Source of the DNA: Octopus bimaculoides
Lineage: Eukaryota
Assembly (NCBI RefSeq): GCF_001194135.2
Contig: NC_068989.1
Location: 54,096,974 to 54,147,289 of the forward strand
Direction: 5' to 3'
Length of the DNA stretch: 50,316 nucleotides
Position 1 is the stretch's first letter, and the number at the start of each line of letters is the position of its first letter. The position numbers and the translations under genes were made by a program. This document shows positions 47,890 to 50,316 of this stretch, piece after piece. The notes beneath the pieces are model-generated. The model was not told where the DNA came from. It ran no database searches and saw only the letters and a list, made by a program, of their open reading frames with translations.

Positions 47890-48713
47890 TTTCCATTTGC
47901 TGGAATATCTGAGTGTTGCCTTGAGATCTTCAAAAGAGAATGTCTTTCCATATTTACTCTTTGATATAGTCAGTGTCTCTGTTTTACTGATGAATCCGGT
48001 GAATAACACGATTGTATTCTATGAGATCCAACCGGATTGTTTTCCAAAACGTCTGCATTTCGTTCTCGGTAGATGTGGTCTTAATTGTTATGTTAGCTCT
48101 CGCAATGTTTCTATTGAAGTTTTTGGTATTGATGCGAAACACCGTACTCCGTGAAAATGCTTGATCTTTTCTCGAAGTTTGAGCCTGATCGCGCCATTTT
48201 TTTCTTTCTGGCTTTACAATGTAAACATGGCCACTCCAATAGGAATATATACCAAAGAAGATCAAAGAGCACTGATCCGATTTCTCTAGTTGAAATGTGT
48301 GTCAGGTGCTGAAATTCACCGGAGGCTTTTAGAATATTACGGGGACAGTGTACTACCACGTAAAAGTTTGTATGAGTGGGTCGAGAAGTTTAAAAGTGAC
48401 CGGACAAGCGTGATGCACGAAGAGGGAGCAGGACACCTGTCAACCTGACAAGAAGATTCCGCAGGCTCGAGAGATGATAATGGTGAACCGGTTCACCATT
48501 ACCATCTCTCGGATCACTGCTCTTTGCTCTTTGGTGCACATTGCTAGTGGAGTGACAATGCTTACACTGTAAAGCCAAAAAGAAAAAAAATGGCGCGATC
48601 AGGCTCAAACTTCGATCACGTGACCACAATAGTAACAACATGCGCAGAAGGCAGTGTAAGAATAATAAGGATATGTTATGGCGAAATTGCAGATAATCTT
48701 TGACTTACCCATG
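47890..48713 (-). mobile_element. Rearranged mariner: 5' TIR/UTR, inverted duplicated N-terminus, catalytic fragment
   Basis: TIR CATGGGTAAGTCAAAGATTATCTGCAAT with TA at 48714-15. The plus strand 48227-48450 encodes MATPIGIYTKEDQRALIRFL*LKCVSGAEIHRRLLEYYGDSVLPRKSLYEWVEKFK. The minus strand 47890-48170 has a YSPD motif. Confidence 0.85.
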
Positions 48714-48817
48714 TATTTACGAATTTGCTCGGTGTGTTTGACTTTAGCCACCCTCATACAAGTTTTTTCCGTTAGATTGTTAAAGTCAGTGTTTGTGTAT
48801 TATACACATGCATTAAG

Positions 48818-49085
48818 GCGGCGAGCTAGCAGAACCATTAGCAAGTCGATCGAAATGCTTAGCGGTATTTCGTCTGCCATTACGTTCTGAGTTCAATTTC
48901 CGCCGAATTCGACTTTGCCTTTCATCTGTCTTTACGTTCTGAGTAAAAATTTCGCCGAGGTCCTTATTGCCTTTCATCCTTTCAGAGTCGATAAAATAAG
49001 TACCAGTTGAGCACTGGGGTCTATGTAACTGACTATGTAATTTCCCCCGAAATTTTTAGCCTTGAGCCTTTAATAGAAAGGATTG
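48818..49085 (+). mobile_element. SINE (GGCGAGCTGGCAGAA family) with an internal duplication of about 55 bp
   Basis: TACGTTCTGAGT...CGCCGA...GCCTTTCAT occurs twice in tandem. Confidence 0.88.
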
Positions 49086-49094
49086 TTCTTATTC

Positions 49095-49295
49095 GTCAGC
49101 TGGCAGAATTGTCAGCCCGCTAAGCAAAATGCTTAGCAGCCTTTCTTCTGCCCTTACGTTCTGAGTTCGAATTTCGTTGAGGTCGATTTTGCCGTTCATC
49201 TTTTGGGGTCGATGAAATAAGTGCCAGTCGAACACAGGGGTCGATGTAATCGACTATCCTCCTCCCACAAAATTTCGGCACTTGTGCCTATGGTA
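49095..49295 (+). mobile_element. Second SINE of the same family, head-to-tail with the previous one
   Basis: CAGCTGGCAGAATTGTCAGC...TTCTGAGTTCGAATTTCG...GGGGTCGATGTAATCGAC...TAGAAAG. Confidence 0.85.
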
Positions 49296-49479
49296 GAAAG
49301 ATCTGTTATTATTAACGAATAGTTGTTATTTTACCCCTGACATTCTATCCGTGACCATTCCATGCATCGCATCCATTTTTCTGATGATTCAAGTTAGGGC
49401 GTGATATGGGTGGCATTTCGCAGCTAATTCTATCCGGTCGGATTACCAGTTACAGTCCGTTACGTTGTTTTTAACAGTG

Positions 49480-49770
49480 TTATAGTTGTTGCTATTTCTT
49501 CTCCGCCTCCTATTCCAACTCTAATCCTTCCTCTCTTTTTTCCTCTTCATCATCTGATTTTGCGTCTTCTTCCTCTATTACTTTCTCTTCTCTTTCCCCT
49601 CACCTTTCTTTTCTTCCCTCCATTCTCCTCCTTCTCCTCTTCTCTCTTCTATTTTAGTTCTTCAACGACTAAGTTTTCTTCTTCGTATTCTTCTTCCACG
49701 TTCCCTCTTTCTCCTTCGTCCCCTTCTTCCCCATCTACGTATTCTCCTCCTTTTTCTCTTCTCCATCTTC
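49480..49770. repeat. Pyrimidine-rich low-complexity tract
   Basis: CT/CTT-rich; produces a spurious S/P/F ORF. Confidence 0.8.
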
Positions 49771-50264
49771 AATGAATACTGCCCCAGGTTCGACTCAGCA
49801 ATCCCCCATCACAACCACCACTTCAACGGAGAGAGAGAGATATATAGAAAGATAGAGTGGCTGACAGAATGGACAAGTGTTAAGAGGAGATGCTACTCCT
49901 CCGATCGCGTCTGGTTGCATAAGTCCGCATAAAGTAAGTATTTGATCAAACAAGCAATAAACAGCGACCAGACACGGATTGTATTATGAATTCGTACATT
50001 TATTATTAAGTGGAATTGTTTTAATCTGTACGAGAAACAACCCACTCCGAAAGCACACGCAAAGGCGGGCGCGTGTATGCATATATGCATAGCAGGGTTG
50101 ATGAATGGATGCATGCACACACACACACACACACCCATACACACACACACACATGCACGTACACGCATGCACACACATATATAAATGTAGATATACATGT
50201 ATGTGTGTATGCATATATACGTACACTTACGCCTCTGTGCTTCTATATAAAATACCCAAACACA

Positions 50265-50306
<42 letters not shown>

Positions 50307-50316
50307 CATTCATATA

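Overview
This is eukaryotic, AT-rich intronic or intergenic DNA, most likely from a coleoid cephalopod (Octopus-like). That assignment is an inference from the SINE families and the extreme (TA)n/(CA)n/(GTAT)n microsatellite load. About 7 kb lies in 17 N-gaps, most flanked by microsatellites. I recognise no intact gene, rRNA, tRNA or CRISPR array, and nearly all long ORFs in the track are artefacts of microsatellites or gaps. The window contains many tRNA-derived SINEs (several with clear target-site duplications), decayed Tc1/mariner elements (mariner, DD37D/maT-like and a DD36E-spaced Tc1 pair), LINE relics (CR1/L2-like, RTE-like, R4/Dong-like) and numerous long fold-back inverted repeats. 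The most interesting signals are: (i) a minimal type I hammerhead-ribozyme-like motif inside its own inverted repeat at 14866-14955, plus a second degenerate Penelope-type motif at 2794-2849; (ii) several near-perfect 100-570 bp hairpins, some nested or interleaved; (iii) a snap-back-rearranged mariner; (iv) all four combinations of two SINE bodies with two tails; and (v) a weak, phase-compatible chain of plus-strand candidate exons from an unidentified gene. Everything was read by eye, and coordinates of degraded elements are approximate.
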